Below are positions 47,066-51,179 of a DNA stretch of 51,179 bases, piece after piece. The notes below the pieces were generated by a model. It searched no databases. It was not told where the DNA came from and saw nothing but the letters and a program-made list of their open reading frames with translations. Where the stretch lies: positions 70,419,839 through 70,471,017 of the forward strand of contig NC_057711.1 in the NCBI RefSeq assembly GCF_004010195.1, read 5' to 3'. Positions within the stretch are counted from its first letter, which is position 1; every line of letters begins with the position of its first letter. Both the position numbers and the translations under genes were made by a program. Source of the stretch: Chiloscyllium plagiosum. Its lineage: Eukaryota.

Positions 47066-47265
47066 GGGATGATTAGGAACTGCCGGTGTTGGACTGGGGT
47101 GTACAAAGTTAAAAATCACACAACACCAGGGTATAGTCCAATAGGTTTAATTGGAAGCACTAGCTGCTCCTTCATCAGGTGGTTGAAGATGAAGAAGTGG
47201 CACTCTGAAAGCTAGTGCTTCCAATTGAACCTATTGGACTATAACCTGGTGTTGTGTGATTTTTA
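47066..47265. mobile_element. Inverted family B Penelope-type insertion
   Basis: Arms homologous to 10540-10660 in opposite orientations; minus core CAC-CTGATGAAGGAGC[deletion]AGCTA-GTG; TSD ACTTTGTCAGA at 47055-47065 and 47266-47276. Confidence 0.82.
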
Positions 47266-47580
47266 ACTTTGTCAGAAAAGGATTATGTCTGACAGGTTTG
47301 ATTGAGTTTACTGAGGTTGTGATGAGGTGTTTAGATGAGAGTAGTACAGTTGATGTAACCTATATGGACATCAGTAAGGCTTTTGAGAAAAGTGTCACTG
47401 TAGAGACTGGTTAAAAAGGTAAGAACTGATGTGATTCAGGGAAATTTGTCAAATTGGATCCAAAACTAGCTTAGTGACAGGAACTAGAGCATGATGGTTG
47501 AAGGTTGTTTTTCTGACTGGAAGCCAGTGACATTCCTCAGAGTTCAATGAGAGTCCCTTGTTGATTGAGGTGCTCATTAA

Positions 47581-47900
47581 TTTAGATTAGATTAGATTAC
47601 ATTACAGTGTGGAAACAGGCCCTTCGGCCCAACAAGTCCACACCGACCCGCCGAAGCGTAACCTACCCATACCCCTACATTTACCCCTTACCTAACACTA
47701 CGGGCAACTTACCATGGCCAATTCACCTGTTCTGCACATCTTTGTGACTGTGGGAGGAAACCGGAGCACCCGGAGGAAACCCACGCAGACACGGGGAGAA
47801 CGTGCAAACTCCACACAGTCAGTCGCCTGAGGCGGGAATTGAACCCGGGTTTCTGGCGCTGTGAGGCAGCAGTGCTAACCACTGTGCCACCGTGCCGCCC
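47581..47900 (-). mobile_element. HE1-like V-SINE, young
   Basis: Complete head (GGCACAGTGG..GGTTCAATTCCC), V-domain, (TAATC)n tail. Confidence 0.93.
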
Positions 47901-49359
47901 ATTGATCTAGATCTAGATCCAAACGAGGGCAGCTTGACCAGTAAGTTCATAGATGATATGTTTATTGGTGGTGAAGTTAAAAGCAACGAGGAAAGCTTTA
48001 GACTACAGGATGAACTAGACCAGCTTGTCAGATGGGATGAACAGCAGCAAATGGATCTTAATCCTGATAAGTGTGAGGTGATGCATTTGGGAGGACTAAC
48101 AAGGCAAGAGTGTACACATGAATGGTAGGAGGCTAGGAATCATAGAGAATCAGAAGGATCGTTGTGTGCATGTCCATAGATCCTAGCACAAAACAGAACA
48201 GGTAGACGATGGATACTTGATATTATTAGTCGAGGCATTGAATACAAGAGCAAGAAGGTTATGATGGAACTGTATAGAATGTTAGTTCAATCACAGGTGG
48301 GGTACTGCACATCATTCTGGTTACAGCACTGTAGAAACAATCGATTGCACAAGAGAGGGTGCAGATGTTTCCCTAGACCATTGCCTGGACTGGAGCGATT
48401 CAGCTATGAAGAGATACGAGATAGGCTAGGGAGGTTTTGCTTAGAGCAGAGAAGGCTAGGAGAAGACATGATTGAGGTGTACAATATTATGAGTGCATAG
48501 TAGGAAAAATGTTTTCCCTTTATGGAGTGGTCAGTTGCAGAGGGCATAGATTTAAAGTAAGAGTCACAGTAAAGGTTCTAGAGGGGATTTAAGGACTTTC
48601 TTTTTTACCCAGCGTCTGGTCAGTATCTGGAACTCTCTGCCTGAAAGAATGATCAAGGCAGTAGCCATCACATAATTTAAGAAATATTCAGATAAACACT
48701 TGAAACACCATTGCCTAAGGCTACAGACCAGGTACTAGAAAATGGGCCTGGAGTACATCGGTGCTTGATGACTGGTGGGGACTGTGGGGGAGGAACTGAA
48801 AGGCCTTCTTCAGTGCTGTAAACCTCTATGGTGCTCCCTTGCTGACCAATGCCGTAGGGCAGGACAGAAACAATTGAAAGGTCTAGCCTTCTACCCATGG
48901 GCAGATAGTTCTCCACCCATGGAGGGTAAAATGTCCCAACTTGGACCATTGATACTTTCCTCCCTCAGTTACTTCCTCTTCAGTCCACCTCCTCAACCAC
49001 TGTAACCTTCCTTTCCCATCATGCTTTCTGTTTAGTCTTCAATATGAACACAGCCAATCTCTTCTACTTCAATGCTTCAACTGTACTTGGAGAACTTACA
49101 TTGCATATCACTGCAAGCATAATTTATAATCATGTCACTGTAAGGTTGAAGCAGCAAATGCTTATCCTGAAATCTAGGAAATAGCAAAGATTGCTGGTAC
49201 ACTCCTGTTTATGTGCGGTCACCTTTCTGGCAATAATTTCTCAATCGAGTTGAATTTAATTGGGAAAGTCCATATAATTCCAGCCGGCTATGTTTTTCAT
49301 GAGGTTCAATTGCATCATTATGTTTCCCAACAGCTGCTGAGAAGAAGTTCAACTTGTCT

Positions 49360-49520
49360 TTTGCTGTCGGAGAAATTAATTGCAAAGCTTTATTCTACCA
49401 GCAAGAATCTGATTTTAGATATCTTCAGACGTATTATGATGCTCCTCTGGAGCAGGTGGGACTTGAACCCAGGCATTCTGGCCCAGAGATACAGGCACTA
49501 CTATTCCCCTACGAGCCCCC
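49360..49520 (-). mobile_element. tRNA-derived SINE head of another family
   Basis: B box GGGTTCAAGTCCC on minus strand (49458-49470) with an upstream A-box-like segment. Confidence 0.5.
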
Positions 49521-49799
49521 AAGAATCTGAATTTTTTGACTCCCATCCAAGTAAGTATTGTACACCTTCCTGCTGTTTTTCTTGTTGATCCACCAATCCA
49601 CAATCCACAAGGCAAATTCACCAATTAATTCCAGTTTGTCAGAATCCACGTTTATTTTCTTCCTTGAATTATAGCCAAGCAAGGAGGTGCCGAATCTATT
49701 TTATTCTGCCAGCAATGACAACAAGAAACACAACCAATTTCCGTGGTTAGTCCTCCTTTGCGTTGACAAAATGATTAACCGCTGTTTGTCACATTGCTT

Positions 49800-50275
49800 A
49801 TAGTCAGAGGCTAAAGTATTTAATGAGTAATCTAGTTTATGCTGCTATTTACTATGGAAGGGAATGTTACCAAATATATCAGTAGAAATAGTAAATAGTG
49901 TGAAAGATTGATTGGCAAGAAATACTGGAAAGGCTGGCTATGCTTAGAATGGAAATGTCATCTGCTCTAGATTGCTTGCATTCCAGGTTGCTAAAAGAAA
50001 TGGGGGTGGAGATAATAAAAAGGTCTTGCCACCATGTTCCAATCTTTTCTAACTATGGGGGAGATATTAAAGAGTTGGAGAGTGGTAAAGGTGGCATGCT
50101 TGTTCAAAAACGAACAGGAGGACATTCTGAGTAACTATATTCAGACAGTTGAACATCAACAGTGGTGCAAACCTTTAGAAAAAATAATCAGGGAAAAAAA
50201 AATCAATTGGTGCTTGGAGAGGGTTCAGTTAAACTGGGATTGCCTGCATAGATTTGTGAAAACCAAAGCTTGACT
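49800..50275 (+). mobile_element. Ancient CR1 RT N-terminal fragment
   Basis: DCLHSRLLKE, FQSFL..GE...SWRVVKVACLFK, KPLEKII. Confidence 0.65.
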
Positions 50276-50304
50276 GCAATAATTAAATTGTTTGTTTGTT
50301 TTTG

Positions 50305-50600
50305 TATTAGTCTTTCATTGATTATGGGTGCCAGTGAGCCAGAATTTATTGCCCAGAACTAACTGCCCTTGAGACGGCCATGATGAGCTGTAATGCATTT
50401 GTTATGGGTACACCCACAAATATGTTAGGGAGGGAGTTCCAGGATTTTCACACCGAGTCAGTGCAAAAACATTGAGATGGTTGAAAGTCGGAATGGTGTG
50501 TGTGCCTGATAGGAAACTTGAGACGGTGGTGTTTCTGTTTAGCTACTGCCTCTGTTATACTGGATGGTTAAGTTTTCAGGCTTGCAAGATGCTGTATGAA
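50305..50600 (-). mobile_element. CR1/L2-group LINE 3' tail
   Basis: ATTTATTGCCC..TAACTGCCCTTGAGA..GGGAGGGAGTTCCAGGATTTT, same family as 34728-35140. Confidence 0.65.
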
Positions 50601-50942
50601 TCTAACCAAAGCATTTAACAAAGTACCACTGCTGATAAGATCATAGTGGTAACAGGTCAGTGATGGGTATGGTACCTCCACTAAATCACCTACTATTATT
50701 TCAAACCAACTGCCACTTCACACTCGGGGGTGCAGGGGAAGAGAGAGAAAAAAGAAATTACATCCTGTGTCTCTCTGAAATTCTTATATTTCCACTAATA
50801 GCAAGAAAGGGGCAATGTATTCTTTTTCTTGGGCTCCTCTTAAGATTTTCTTGGCGACTTATTTTTGATTTCCAAGAGGCATTTTCTTTCTCACTAACTC
50901 ATTTATTAGGTGGTGCAGTTAATAGTATCCTTATCTTCTGTG

Positions 50943-51179
50943 GAGAAAGTGAGGACTGCAGATGCTGGAGGTCAGAGCTGAAACTGTGTTGCTGGAAAAG
51001 CGCAGCAGGTCAGGCAGCATCCAAGGAGCAGGAGAATCGACGTTTCGGGCATAATCCCTTTTTCAGGAATGAGGAAGGTGTGCCAAGCAGGCTAAGATAA
51101 AAGGTAGGGAGGAGGGACTTGGGGGAGGGGCATTGGAAATGCGATAGGTGGAAGGAAGTCAAGGTGAGGGTGATAGGCC
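50943..51179 (-). mobile_element. 3' end of a longer family A Penelope-like element running off the window
   Basis: Family A body with degenerate core (minus CTGAAAAAGGGATTATGCCCGAAACGTC) continuing upstream into pyrimidine-rich sequence absent from the mini-copies. Confidence 0.8.

Larger units (their letters stand above)
46780..48830 (+). mobile_element. Old CR1 RT to 3' end, interrupted
   Basis: YMDISKAF, KFIDDMFIGG, LEQRRLGEDMIEVY remnants and 3' UTR. Confidence 0.82.

Overview
Repeat-dense vertebrate genomic DNA, intergenic or deep intronic, with two assembly gaps. The repeat complement (HE1-like V-SINEs sharing tails with HER1/CR1 LINEs, SacSINE1-like SINEs) points to a cartilaginous fish, probably a shark; this is an inference. 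I recognise no intact host gene. Main contents: (1) a young, CpG-rich Tx1-clade LINE with a full-length but disabled ORF2, no ORF1, and a stack of 3'-end modules; (2) a 5'-truncated endogenous retrovirus with a YVDD reverse transcriptase, a gamma-type env, a candidate post-env accessory frame, and an LTR carrying 21-bp U3 repeats and a bulged hairpin; (3) about 15 Penelope-type insertions from three sequence families, most carrying minimal hammerhead-ribozyme cores, many with inverted 5' arms and 9-16 bp target-site duplications; (4) old Gypsy relics, a clean solo LTR, and many CR1 and SINE copies; (5) a few unique stretches, including a POU/Sox/Fox motif cluster and a locally duplicated exon-like segment. 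Family names come from motif recognition only; no searches were run. Boundaries of old repeats are approximate.
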